Notes under the pieces: model-generated
What the model saw: the letters and a program-made list of their open reading frames with translations, nothing else
What the model was told of the DNA's origin: nothing
Database searches by the model: none
Assembly: GCA_963798085.1 (NCBI GenBank)
Contig: CAWCRS010000009.1
Span: forward strand, 160,001 to 224,000
Origin: an uncultured Gemmatimonadales bacterium
Lineage (GTDB): Bacteria; Gemmatimonadota; Gemmatimonadetes; Longimicrobiales; RSA9
Direction: 5' to 3'
Length of the DNA: 64,000 bases
Made by a program: the position numbers and the translations under genes
Shown: piece by piece, positions 21,054-31,453 of the stretch
Numbering within the stretch: the stretch's first letter is position 1
Layout: each line of letters starts with the position of its first letter

Positions 21054-22366
21054 GATGGCGTCGCGGGGGGCGGGGGCGCATCGTCCAGCGCGAACAGGTC
21101 GCGCACGACACGCGCGTAATCGGCAGCGCGCTCACCCTCCGCCGCGCGCAGCCGCGTCGTGGCCTCGTGCAGCAGCTGCGTGATGAGCGACCGTGAGAGA
21201 TGCTCGACGCGCGCGCGCGCCTCTTCATCGAGCCGGTCGAGTCCGCGCAGCGCGCGCTCCAGCTCCCGCCTGCGGATCAGCTCCGCGCGCCGGTGCAGAT
21301 CACCGATCAGCGGCAGCATGACCGTGTGATTCTGCTCCAGCGCTTTCAGCTCTTCCTCGATGATGGTCTCGACGCGCGGCGCCTCATCGCGGCGCTCATC
21401 GATGTGGGCCGCAACGCGACTGCGCAGATCATTGATGCCCAGCAGCTGCAGGCCCGCCGCCGCCGCCGCCGCCGTGTCGATATTGCGCGGCACCGCGATG
21501 TCGACGAGCAGCGGCAGCGCGGCGGCGCCGCCAACGCGCGCGGCGGCAGCCAGCGTGTCGTGCGTGATGAGCGGCGCATCGCTTGCGGCGGCGGTGAACA
21601 CGACTTCCGCCGCGGCCAGCAGGGCGGGCAGCTCGGCGAGCGGAGCAACGCGTGCGTCGATGCGCGCGGCCAGCGCGGCGGCACGCTCATGCGTGCGATT
21701 CGCGATCGTGATGACGGCATGCCGGCTGGCGAGTGCCTCGGCCGTGAGTGCGCCCATGCGGCCCGCGCCCACCACGAGCACACGCCGTCCCGCGAGACCG
21801 TTGACGCGCTCCGCGGCGAGGTGCACTGCGACCGTGCTCACGCTGGCGGGCTTGCGACTGATTCCGGTTTCGGCGCGCGCGCGCCGGCCGGCAATGCGCG
21901 CACTGCGTGCGATCGCTGCAAGGCGAGGCGGGCCGCCATTGCGGTGCAGCACGTCATCGAAGGCGCGCGCCACCTGGCCTGCGATCTCCGGTTCGCCGAC
22001 TACCAGCGATTCCAGGCCCGCCGTCACGCGACAGAGATGCCGCGCCGCCGCCTCGCCGTGGTGCAGGTAGACGTGCGCGCCGGCGCCCTGAGCGACGTCG
22101 TCGCCTGAAAGAGTCTGTTCCAGCACGCGCTGCGCATCCGGCAGCACCGCGGACGCACACAGCGCGTAGACTTCGACGCGGTTGCAGGTGGCGAGCACGG
22201 CCAGCTCGGCGAAGGGCGGCAACGACTGCTGCTCTGCGACTGCGTGCCGGAACAATGCGCGCAGTGCAGCACAGCGCCGCATGGCCGCTTCCAGGAACGC
22301 GACGGGTGCCACGTGATGGCTCGTGCCTGCGCACAGAAGGCTCAGCGGGTCCTGCTCGGATGCCAC
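21050..22366 (-). CDS. hemA: Glutamyl-tRNA reductase
   Basis: TCNRVEVY, GLESLVVGEPEIAGQV, GAGRMG, IANRT, DIAVPRNID. Confidence 0.95.
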   Translation of the reverse strand: MASEQDPLSLLCAGTSHHVAPVAFLEAAMRRCAALRALFRHAVAEQQSLPPFAELAVLATCNRVEVYALCASAVLPDAQRVLEQTLSGDDVAQGAGAHVYLHHGEAAARHLCRVTAGLESLVVGEPEIAGQVARAFDDVLHRNGGPPRLAAIARSARIAGRRARAETGISRKPASVSTVAVHLAAERVNGLAGRRVLVVGAGRMGALTAEALASRHAVITIANRTHERAAALAARIDARVAPLAELPALLAAAEVVFTAAASDAPLITHDTLAAAARVGGAAALPLLVDIAVPRNIDTAAAAAAGLQLLGINDLRSRVAAHIDERRDEAPRVETIIEEELKALEQNHTVMLPLIGDLHRRAELIRRRELERALRGLDRLDEEARARVEHLSRSLITQLLHEATTRLRAAEGERAADYARVVRDLFALDDAPPPPATPS

Positions 22367-22547
22367 GTGCGTTCACCTCTCGTCTGGACAGCGCGGGCGG
22401 GTAGGCTAACGGCGCATCGCCTGGCGTTGCAAGGCCCGTCGCTGCCTTGCGGCGGCCTTCCGTCCGAGGCGAACGCCGGGCGCTCTTCCACGGTAATAGC
22501 TGACCGCGCGCACGAAATCCGTATTCCACCGGTCCGGAGATTCCCAG

Positions 22548-22885
22548 ATGACGCGATCCGTGATGTCCGGTTATGCGGCGCGCAGCTTCTTCCTCTGGAT
22601 CCTCGTGCGCCTCACGGTGACCGCAGGCATCGCCCTGGCAGCGGATCCGGCAGCACGGCTCCCCGCCGCGGGCGCCGGGAGACTCGCGTGGGTCGGCATT
22701 ACGCCGGCCACCGCTTTTCTCGTGGCCGCTCTCGTCGCCGCGCTGATCCTGCTCGATGTGCGCGCCCTGCGTGAGCGCACGTTCATGGCCAACATCGGCG
22801 TGGGGCTGCACGAAATCGCGGGACTGGCGTTCCTGGTGTCCGCGGCGCTCGAAGTGGTGGTGGCATCCGTGGCCAGGTTGTTCGC

Positions 22886-22889
<4 letters not shown>
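22548..22889 (+). CDS. Small hypothetical membrane protein
   Basis: Three hydrophobic segments; GTGA overlap with downstream ATPase. Confidence 0.65.
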
Positions 22890-23614
<725 letters not shown>

Positions 23615-23852
23615 CGCCTGCCCCTGCGCATGAAACGGCGCGGCGGCGCAGAGCGTTGGCGGGACTGGCGTACCCAAACACGCAGCTTGCGCCGCCGCGA
23701 ACGCTTGCCCCGGACGCTGGTGTTTCGCCATCATCCAGGCACGCAGAAGGGCCAACTCCGCTGACACACCGCATCGCGCGACGGCACAATGCAACAGACC
23801 GGGCGCTCACGCAGATGCAGAACGTGTACGCCCATCAATCGGGAGGTTTTTC

Positions 23853-24524
23853 ATGCACGCCAAACGCTGCCTGGGTGTCCTCGCCGGGATCGCGATGCTG
23901 CCCGCAGCCGTGGTCGCGCAGAGCAACTTCGAGGGCGTGGTCAGCTACACCATGAGCACCGCCATGGGCATGTCCATGGACGTCACGACCTACGTCAAGG
24001 GTGAGCTGGTGCGGCAGGAGATCAACATGAACATGGGCGGCATGGGCCCCATGGTCGCCATCACGGACACGAAGGCGGGCGTGACCAGGCTGCTGCAGCC
24101 CGCGATGAAGACCTACACCGTGATGGACATGAGCAAAATGATGCCGGGGCAGGAAGACCCTGATGCACAGATCGAAACGACCGATCGCAGCGAGACCATT
24201 GCCGGCCATTCCTGCAAACACGTGCTGATCCACACCACGAACAACGGCAACAAGGCCGACATGGATGTCTGCACCACGGGTGACCTGGGCGTATTCCTCG
24301 GTTCCAGCGTGGGCGGCGGCCGGCAGGGTGGCGCGATGATGGGTGAGAAGCTGCGCGCGGAACTGCGCAAGCGCTTCGCCAATGGCTATTTCCCGCTGAA
24401 GACCACGCTTTCGGTGGGTGGCAATGAAGTCATGACCATGACGGCGACGAAGGTCGAGAAGAAGTCGGTCAATGCCGACCTGTTCAAGGTTCCTGCGGAC
24501 TACAAGGAAACAGGCGGCGGCTGA
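23853..24524 (+). CDS. Secreted DUF4412-like protein
   Basis: gggagg RBS; signal peptide then FEGVVSY, ETIAGHSC, FKVPADYKE. Confidence 0.8.
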   Translation: MHAKRCLGVLAGIAMLPAAVVAQSNFEGVVSYTMSTAMGMSMDVTTYVKGELVRQEINMNMGGMGPMVAITDTKAGVTRLLQPAMKTYTVMDMSKMMPGQEDPDAQIETTDRSETIAGHSCKHVLIHTTNNGNKADMDVCTTGDLGVFLGSSVGGGRQGGAMMGEKLRAELRKRFANGYFPLKTTLSVGGNEVMTMTATKVEKKSVNADLFKVPADYKETGGG

Positions 24525-24593
24525 GCCTTCGCGAAGTCAATGGCTGCGCGGGCCGCACCCGCCCGCCATGTCAGGACCCCACCAAAGCATGGA

Positions 24594-24630
24594 AAAGCGG
24601 GCCGTTCGCATGACGCGAACGGCCCGCTTT
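24594..24630. terminator. Intrinsic, probably bidirectional terminator between convergent genes
   Basis: aaagcgggccgttcgc-atgac-gcgaacggcccgcttt, perfect 16-bp stem. Confidence 0.8.
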
Positions 24631-24649
24631 ACGATTGACGGAGTCGGAT

Positions 24650-25609
24650 TCAGTTCGAGCCGCGGCCACCCTTGGCGCCCGGAGGCGTCGGGATGGGGAA
24701 GGGCAGGAAGCCGTCATCGGGTTCCTGCTGCGGCGGGTGCTTCACGCCGAACTCGAGTGCCAGGCCGATCGTGGCGCGCACGTTGTGCACGGCGCTGACG
24801 CCCAGGTCGACTTGCTGGAAGGAATTGTCACGGCTGAGTGTGCCGCTGCTCAGCCGGGTGAGTCGGACGCCCAGCGGTGACTGCGACATGTGGTCCGCCA
24901 CCTCGAAGCGCAGACTGAGCCCGCCCGGCCCGACCGGCAGCCGCAGATCGGTACCGGCACCCATCGATACGGCGAAGCGCGTCTCGAGACCGGCGCGATC
25001 GACGCTGAACGCGAACTCGTCGAGACCGCCCCCGAGCAATGTGACGGTGCCCAGCTGAGCCCCGCTGGCTGCGAGGAACAGGGGAATCGACTCGGACGGG
25101 TCGAAGGTCACGCCGCCGGCGCCCACCATGAAGTAGGGCCGGAACCACTGCTTCCGTGAGTACTCCATCATCCCGACGATGCCCTCGACGCCGTAGGAGT
25201 ACGTCTTGAGCGAGACCTGCGTCGGGTTGGTCGAGGGCGGGCCGCCTGCCGTGGGATCGCCGCGCGAAGGACCGCACCGCGGTTCGGCCGTGAGGCAGGA
25301 CTCGTTGTAGGAGCCTTCGGCGCGGAAGCCCAGGCGGCCCTTCCAGTACGTGATCGCTGCGGTGGCGCCCCGGCCCGGCGCCGCTCTCAGCTCGGGCAGC
25401 AGCACTCGCCTCGCCTCCGGGCCGGTCACGCCCAGCGACTCGAAGAGGACGAGATTGCTCCAGTCCGAGGACCAGAAGTAGCCCGCCGTCGCACTGATCT
25501 CCAGACGGCGAGGTCCATCATAGGGAGTGAACAGGTCGCGCTTCTGCGCGGCAAGGGGCGCTGCGATCAGCAGCAGCGCCGCGGGTACGAAACGACGTGC
25601 GTACTGCAT
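24650..25609 (-). CDS. Hypothetical exported protein, outer-membrane beta-barrel-like
   Basis: Signal peptide MQYARRFVPAALLLIAAPLAAQ; RPYFMVGAGGVTF, GAGTDLRL, LRFEVAD amphipathic strands. Confidence 0.75.
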   Translation of the reverse strand: MQYARRFVPAALLLIAAPLAAQKRDLFTPYDGPRRLEISATAGYFWSSDWSNLVLFESLGVTGPEARRVLLPELRAAPGRGATAAITYWKGRLGFRAEGSYNESCLTAEPRCGPSRGDPTAGGPPSTNPTQVSLKTYSYGVEGIVGMMEYSRKQWFRPYFMVGAGGVTFDPSESIPLFLAASGAQLGTVTLLGGGLDEFAFSVDRAGLETRFAVSMGAGTDLRLPVGPGGLSLRFEVADHMSQSPLGVRLTRLSSGTLSRDNSFQQVDLGVSAVHNVRATIGLALEFGVKHPPQQEPDDGFLPFPIPTPPGAKGGRGSN

Positions 25610-25833
25610 GGCGGGGTCCTCCGGGGAAGAGGGAAACCTGCGGCAGTCGCGCGACCCCTGTGGTCGCGTGGGCCGCCCAGTTACTGCGGCGGTCCCGACT
25701 TCCCTGTCGGGGAACACCCCACCAAGGTTGCGCAACCGGCACGACCACGGCAAGTCCCGGCTTCGGCGATCCTTCCCGTCTGGCGCTATCTCGGGCTCTC
25801 GGTGGCCGAGGCTTTTGGGGTGGGGAGGGCAGT

Positions 25834-26045
25834 GAACGGCGTTGCTCAGGCCGGGGCTCGGGCTGGTTGCTGGGGAACCGGCGTAAACTACCAACGTGCG
25901 TTTCTGGGGCTCGGGCTTGGGCTGGTTGTTCGGGAACAGATGAACGGATCGAACGACGCCGGCTGCAAACGCACCTGCGTCGTTGCTGTTGCGCCGTTCC
26001 CGAGCAACCAGCCCGAGCCCCGGCCCAGCCCCAGCAACGGCGTTC
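25834..26045. repeat. Intergenic element with long inverted repeats plus an internal direct copy (MITE/REP-like)
   Basis: 23-bp perfect IR core ggccggggctcgggctggttgct (25849-25871 / 26003-26025) within ~50-bp imperfect arms; third copy 25904-25937. Confidence 0.75.
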
Positions 26046-26078
26046 CATTGCTTACGACAAGCCGCGCAGGTGACCTGC

Positions 26079-27737
26079 ATGGGACCTGAGGAAAACGATG
26101 CACTGCGTCTGCCCTCGCGCGGCGTGGCTCTGCTGCACGAGGCTTCGCGCAACAAGGGGACCGCGTTCACGCGGGAAGAGCGCGATCTGCTGGGGCTGCG
26201 CGGGTTGCTGCCGCCGCGCGTGCAGAGCATGGAACAGCAGTGTCAGCGCGTCCTCGAAAACCTGAACCAGAAGACGACGGATCTGGAGCGCTACATCTTC
26301 CTGGTGTCGCTGCAGGATCGCAACGAGACGCTGTTCTATCGCGTGGTGGTGGACCACCTGAAGGAGCTGATTCCCATCCTGTACACGCCTACCGTGGGCG
26401 CGGCGTGTCAGGCGTTCGGACACATCTTCCGGCGGCCGCGCGGGCTCTTCGTGTCGGCGGAAGATCGCGGGCAGGTGGCGGACGTGCTGCGCAACTGGCC
26501 GCACCGCGATGTGCGCATGGTCGTGGTCACTGATGGCGAGCGCATCCTCGGCCTGGGCGACCTGGGCGCTTCCGGCATGGGCATTCCCATCGGCAAGCTC
26601 TCACTCTACACGGCCTGCGCCGGCGTGGCGCCCACGCAGTGCCTGCCCGTCACACTGGACGTGGGTACCGATAACACGGCATTACACGACGACCCGCTCT
26701 ACCTCGGTCTGCCGCGTCCGCGGCTGCGCGGCGAGGCCTACGAGGAGCTGGTCGACGAATTCGTGGACGCCGCGCATGACGTCTTTCCCCACGCCGTGCT
26801 GCAGCTCGAGGACTTCGCCACGGAAAACGCGTTCCGCCTGCTGGCGCGCTACCGCGAGCGCGCGCCCGTGTTCGACGACGACATCCAGGGCACCGGTGCC
26901 GTGATCCTGGCCGGACTCCAGGCCGCGGGCCGCATCACCGGGCTCCCGCTCGAGCGCAACCGCTACCTGTTCCTGGGTGCAGGGCAGGCGGCCGTGGGCA
27001 TTGCTGACGCCATTGTTACGGCGCTGATGGCGGAGGGCCTGCCCGAGGCGGAGGCCCGGAGCCGCTGCTGGTTCTTCGACATTGACGGGCTCGTGGTGCG
27101 CCACCGCGTACCGCTGCCGGAGTTCGTGCGACCGTACGCCCACGATTACTCGTGGACGCGGGATCTGCTCGCGGCGATTCGCACGCTGCGGCCCACCGCG
27201 CTGATCGGCGCGACGGGAACGCCGCGCACGTTCTCACGGCCGGTCGTGGAGGCCATGGCGGGGCTGAACGAGCGACCCATCCTTTTCGCGCTCTCCAACC
27301 CGACATCGCGCGCCGAGTGCACGGCCGAGCAGGCCTACGGCTGGAGCGGCGGCCGCGCCATCTTCGCCAGCGGCGGTCCGTCCGACGCGGTCGATTTCGG
27401 TGGACGCACGTTCATGCCCGGACAGGGCAACAACGCCTGGATCTTCCCGGGCGTGGGGCTCGGCGCCATCGCAGCGGGCGCGACGCGCATCACCGACGAG
27501 ATGTTCCACGCGGCCGCGAGCACACTTTCGGCCGAGGTCAGCGATGCCGACCTGGCGCTGGGTCGCATTTATCCGCCGCTCACGCGCATTCGCGAAATCT
27601 CCGCGAAGATCGCGACCGCTGTCGCGGAGCTGTGCTGGGAGCGCGGCCTGGCGCGTGACCCGCGGCCCGCCGATCCCGCGGCGCACGTGCGCGCGCTCAC
27701 CTGGGAGCCGGACTATCCGCCCGTCCCCTTCGACTGA
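26079..27737 (+). CDS. maeA: NAD-dependent malic enzyme (SfcA/MaeA type)
   Basis: NKGTAFT, YTPTVG, VTDGERILGLGDLG, GIPIGKL, DDIQGT, FALSNPT, GQGNN. Confidence 0.95.
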   Translation: MGPEENDALRLPSRGVALLHEASRNKGTAFTREERDLLGLRGLLPPRVQSMEQQCQRVLENLNQKTTDLERYIFLVSLQDRNETLFYRVVVDHLKELIPILYTPTVGAACQAFGHIFRRPRGLFVSAEDRGQVADVLRNWPHRDVRMVVVTDGERILGLGDLGASGMGIPIGKLSLYTACAGVAPTQCLPVTLDVGTDNTALHDDPLYLGLPRPRLRGEAYEELVDEFVDAAHDVFPHAVLQLEDFATENAFRLLARYRERAPVFDDDIQGTGAVILAGLQAAGRITGLPLERNRYLFLGAGQAAVGIADAIVTALMAEGLPEAEARSRCWFFDIDGLVVRHRVPLPEFVRPYAHDYSWTRDLLAAIRTLRPTALIGATGTPRTFSRPVVEAMAGLNERPILFALSNPTSRAECTAEQAYGWSGGRAIFASGGPSDAVDFGGRTFMPGQGNNAWIFPGVGLGAIAAGATRITDEMFHAAASTLSAEVSDADLALGRIYPPLTRIREISAKIATAVAELCWERGLARDPRPADPAAHVRALTWEPDYPPVPFD

Positions 27738-27823
27738 CATCGGATTACAGTCCCTGGTCGTTGCTGCCGCGATCGCATTCCGGCCATCCATCCATGCCGC
27801 CGGGACCACGCAATGCGCACGCG

Positions 27824-28207
27824 CTACTTGTGGATGTGCAGCGTGCCCGCGCTGGAGGTGAAGGTCAGGTCGTCGAGGTCATCGGTGGGCATGTCGGCTG
27901 TGTACTTGACGTTGCCCGCGCTGCGCTGGACGGTGAAGCTGATGCGGCCACTGGCCCAGCTGCCCGTGAGCGGAAAGCCCGTGAAGTCGTTCTCGTTCAC
28001 GTACTCCGTGCCCGTGAACTGGCCGGAGGTGCCGCCATCATCGTTGGAGAACAGATCGAACGTGTGGTTGGCATTGGCGACATCCTTCCAGAGGTTCGTG
28101 ATGCTGATGAACGTGGAGGTCAGGCCGGCGGCATCGCCGCACGAGGCGACGGTGCCGGTGGCGAAGGCGATCGCGAGCACGGCAGTGATGCGTCGAAGCA
28201 TGGGCAT
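27824..28207 (-). CDS. Hypothetical lipoprotein
   Basis: gaggag RBS; MLRRITAVLAIAFATGTVAS-C lipobox; beta-rich mature part. Confidence 0.8.
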   Translation of the reverse strand: MPMLRRITAVLAIAFATGTVASCGDAAGLTSTFISITNLWKDVANANHTFDLFSNDDGGTSGQFTGTEYVNENDFTGFPLTGSWASGRISFTVQRSAGNVKYTADMPTDDLDDLTFTSSAGTLHIHK

Positions 28208-28231
28208 GATGGAACTCCTCGGAGTCGGGTG

Positions 28232-29212
28232 TCAGCGTGGGCGCAGCTGCTCGATCGTGCGGTTCAGCCGCACGTCGGCTGCATCGAGCGCCCGCGCATA
28301 GTCGGGCAAACGCCGCGTCAGCTCGGCAATCGCGTTGTGGGCACGGGCATCATTCGTGTGCTTCGTGGCGGCGGCCTGAATTGCGATCAGCTGCTCGTTC
28401 AACGGCAGGATGTGCTGCTGGTGCAGCGGCAGCAGCACGTTGTCCAGCAGATCGGCCAGGTCGCGGCGCGCGCCCGCGCCATCAGGCCAGTCCTGCTGCA
28501 GCGCAGTCTCGAACTGCTCGCGCTTCGGCACGACAGCCGTGTAGGCGTCGTTATAGTCGCGCACGGCGCCTTCCAGCGCATCGAGCAGCTCCTGCTTCGG
28601 TTTGTCCAGGATCGTCAGTGCCAGGCGGAACTTGGTGTTGAGATCTCTCGCCATCTGTGACCAGTGGCGCAGTGCCTCCGCCATGGCGGGATACTCCACC
28701 GCCTGGCGCTGACCGCGCGCGGTCTCATCGATCAGGTCCTCCCTGCGCAGGCGCAGCAGCTGCAGGGCTTCATCCATCTTCTGCTCAATGTGTCCGGTCT
28801 GCTCGCTCTGCACGCCGAGCTGCTGCAGCAGCTGCAGCGATTCGCGCCGGCGCTCGGCGAGGGCGCGCGTAATGGTGCGTTCGACCGGTTCACCCACGAC
28901 GAGCACGACGGTCTCGTTGCCGCGCGGCACCACGATGCGCGCATCGGGCGGGTACACGACACTCCAGGGCGTGTCCTGCGGCACCAGTGTCACGGCATCG
29001 ACACCCGCCGGTATCTCGAGGCGGAACTCGCCACTGCTGGACACCGTCGCGGTACCGTACTGCACGGCGCGCAGGCGAAGGCCGGTGACACTGGCCTGAC
29101 CGAGGGCGACCACGCGGCCGCGCAATTGCGTTGTGCCCTGCGCGTGGGCGGAGGAAGCGGAGCAGAGGCCGAGCAGTGTCGTCGCCCACCACGCACCAGC
29201 GAGGAAACGCAC
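28232..29212 (-). CDS. Hypothetical exported protein: Ig/carboxypeptidase-regulatory-like domain plus long helical C-terminus
   Basis: Signal peptide ending AHA-Q; LRGRVV...SSSGEFRLEIP; amphipathic helical C-terminal half; start inferred. Confidence 0.72.
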   Translation of the reverse strand: MRFLAGAWWATTLLGLCSASSAHAQGTTQLRGRVVALGQASVTGLRLRAVQYGTATVSSSGEFRLEIPAGVDAVTLVPQDTPWSVVYPPDARIVVPRGNETVVLVVGEPVERTITRALAERRRESLQLLQQLGVQSEQTGHIEQKMDEALQLLRLRREDLIDETARGQRQAVEYPAMAEALRHWSQMARDLNTKFRLALTILDKPKQELLDALEGAVRDYNDAYTAVVPKREQFETALQQDWPDGAGARRDLADLLDNVLLPLHQQHILPLNEQLIAIQAAATKHTNDARAHNAIAELTRRLPDYARALDAADVRLNRTIEQLRPR

Positions 29213-29240
29213 GACGGCGGGCAGCGTGCGAGGCTTCCGG

Positions 29241-30449
29241 TCAGCCGCCGGGTACGAAACGCACCTCGAGCGGGCCTGCGGGAACCGTGATCGTGTCATC
29301 GTAGCCTGTGGTGCCGTTGCGGGTGGCGCGCAGCTGCAGGACGGTGCCGACCGGCACGGGCAGCGGTAACGCAAAGTTACCCTGCTCGTCGGTATCCGTG
29401 CCCGCCATGCCGTTGCCGAAGTCGAGATGCACACCGGCGAGGGGGTGGCCGGCGCGATCGAGCACCGAGCCATGCACCGGTGTGCGGTACTCCCGCTTCA
29501 CCGCCTGGAACACGACGACGTGGCTCGGTGGCACTGCGACTCGCTGGGGCTGCTCGTCATAACCTGCAATGCGCGCCAGCAGCGTCACCGTGTCGCCGGA
29601 AAAGCGACCGGGCACGGCTGCGAACACCGCGTCACCGCCGCGATTGATCGGCTGCTGCTTTCGTTCACTGCCCAGGTCCAGCACCATTTCGCCCTGTGCG
29701 AGGGAATCGCCTTCGCCGACCGGACCGTGCACGCGCACGGTCAGCGTGAAGGGCGGTCCCGGCCGGTTGCGCGCGAGGCCGCCCAGCAATACGAGCGCGA
29801 ATGCGACCGCGGACAGGCCAGGCGCCAGCACCCTCGCCTGTGAGGCACGCCACACGCGCGACCGCGCAGCGACGAGAACGCTGACAGCGGCCAGCAGGGC
29901 GAGCGTCACGAGGAGCGCGGTGTAGTGAGCCCAGCGGTGCAGCCAGAGGACGCAGGGCAGCACCAGCAGGAGAACGGCCAGCACGGGCAGCAGCGCGCGC
30001 GCCCGGCCGCGGGCAGGCTCGAGGGCGCGCAACAGGTGGTCGACGTCGCTCTCGAACCGCTCGTTAGTGATGGTGACGGCATTGCGGTCGGCGAGTGCGC
30101 GCAGCTCGACGGGCAGTGCCGAGGCGGCGGGCATGGTGGCGCCTTCCACGAGCACCGGTATGATGCGGACAGCCTGCGCCAGCGCGGTCGTGATCTCGAG
30201 GCGCACGGCATCGGCGGGATCGTCGAGACGGGCATGGCCGGTGTCACCCAGCCAGTGCGGTCCGATCACGACGAGCAGTGCTTCGCACTGCGACACGGCG
30301 AGACGCAGCCGTTCGCGGAAATCCGCACCGGCCTCGATCGTCTCGACATCCAGGAAAATGCGCGCCTCGCCGAAGCGGTCCACGAGCCGCTCACGCAGCG
30401 CGCGCGTGAAGCCGGCGCTGTCGGCGCGACGGTAGCTGATCACGATCAC
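29241..30449 (-). CDS. TIR-domain membrane protein with C-terminal Ig/carboxypeptidase-regulatory-like domains
   Basis: ISYRRADS...IFLDVETIEAGADF...LLVVIGPHW...DAVRLEITTAL...IIPVLV (TIR_2-like); three hydrophobic helices; LTVRVHGP and VHGSVLDRAGHPLAGV...TDEQGNF. Confidence 0.87.
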   Translation of the reverse strand: MIVISYRRADSAGFTRALRERLVDRFGEARIFLDVETIEAGADFRERLRLAVSQCEALLVVIGPHWLGDTGHARLDDPADAVRLEITTALAQAVRIIPVLVEGATMPAASALPVELRALADRNAVTITNERFESDVDHLLRALEPARGRARALLPVLAVLLLVLPCVLWLHRWAHYTALLVTLALLAAVSVLVAARSRVWRASQARVLAPGLSAVAFALVLLGGLARNRPGPPFTLTVRVHGPVGEGDSLAQGEMVLDLGSERKQQPINRGGDAVFAAVPGRFSGDTVTLLARIAGYDEQPQRVAVPPSHVVVFQAVKREYRTPVHGSVLDRAGHPLAGVHLDFGNGMAGTDTDEQGNFALPLPVPVGTVLQLRATRNGTTGYDDTITVPAGPLEVRFVPGG

Positions 30450-30468
30450 GGCTGTGCGGGGGCTCGAC

Positions 30469-31437
30469 TCAGACCGCAACGCGCGCGGGAGGACGGCCCG
30501 TGCGGTTCACCTGCGCGCGCTGGAATTCGTAGGCGGACAGGCGAGCCATGGACGCGCCGGCGCCCAGCAGCGCGCCCGTCGCCTGCGCCACGAAATCCAC
30601 GGCGAGACCGAGCACGACGCAGGGGAGCGCCGTCACGATTCTGCGCGCTGACACGCCATTACGGTGACCATAGCGCACGACGTGCGACAGCCGGACCAGC
30701 GGAATCGCGGGGCTGGCGGCAGCGAACGCAACGCGCTTGAGCGGCGACCAGCCGGCGGCGCGCGTGGCGGCAAAAACGCGGCCCAGATGCCACTGCACAT
30801 CGAGCCACACACCGAGCCGGGAAAAGTTGGTGTGCGCCGTGGTGGCGGCGGGTTCGAAGAGGAGCGTGTGGCCGCGTCGCCGCAGATCCCAGAGCAGTAC
30901 CGTTTCCGCCTCCATCAGCCGGTCGAGGTGCGCGTCCTGCTCGAGCAGAACGCTGCGTTTGTAGCTGACGTTGTGACCCGGCAGCAGATTCATGATGGCA
31001 CGGCGGCCGGGCGCCAGCCAGCGGCCGTAGCCGAGGAAGAGGTCGGCCCAGCTCACGACCGTCTCGGGATTGGCGTTGCGGATGGCGGGCGCCACCGCGG
31101 CGTGCGGTTCCCGGTGCGCCTCGAGCAGCGCTTCAGCCCAGCCCGGGTCGGGGAAACAATGATCCTCCGTGAAGGCGACCACGTCGGCCCGTGCTTCCCG
31201 GATCGCCCGCGCGCGCGGCGGTCCGGATGTGGTCAGGTCGCCCGCTTCGAGCACACGCACACTGTGCAGCGCCGCGACGGCAGCGGCGTCGACCTCGAAG
31301 CGGTCAGCGCCGGGCGCGCAGATGAGCAGCTCGATACGGTGCGCGATCGTCTGGCGGCAGAGATGCGCGACGGTGGTGCGCAGCGAATCGAACGTGTCCC
31401 AGGTGGGCAGCACGACGCTGATCGCGGGTTCTTCCAT
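30469..31437 (-). CDS. Glycosyltransferase family 2
   Basis: ISVVLPT, VAFTEDHCFPDPGW, GHNVSYKR. Confidence 0.88.
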   Translation of the reverse strand: MEEPAISVVLPTWDTFDSLRTTVAHLCRQTIAHRIELLICAPGADRFEVDAAAVAALHSVRVLEAGDLTTSGPPRARAIREARADVVAFTEDHCFPDPGWAEALLEAHREPHAAVAPAIRNANPETVVSWADLFLGYGRWLAPGRRAIMNLLPGHNVSYKRSVLLEQDAHLDRLMEAETVLLWDLRRRGHTLLFEPAATTAHTNFSRLGVWLDVQWHLGRVFAATRAAGWSPLKRVAFAAASPAIPLVRLSHVVRYGHRNGVSARRIVTALPCVVLGLAVDFVAQATGALLGAGASMARLSAYEFQRAQVNRTGRPPARVAV

Positions 31438-31453
31438 GCTTGTGCGCGCCGTT

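Noticed and set aside
25745..25830. Resemblance to a c-di-GMP-I riboswitch on the minus strand
   Set aside because: Only short fragments resemble the consensus; the conserved GNRA-loop stem and GCAAA core arrangement were not found
25834..26045. Possible CRISPR array
   Set aside because: Only three degenerate copies, one inverted, no regular spacers, no cas genes
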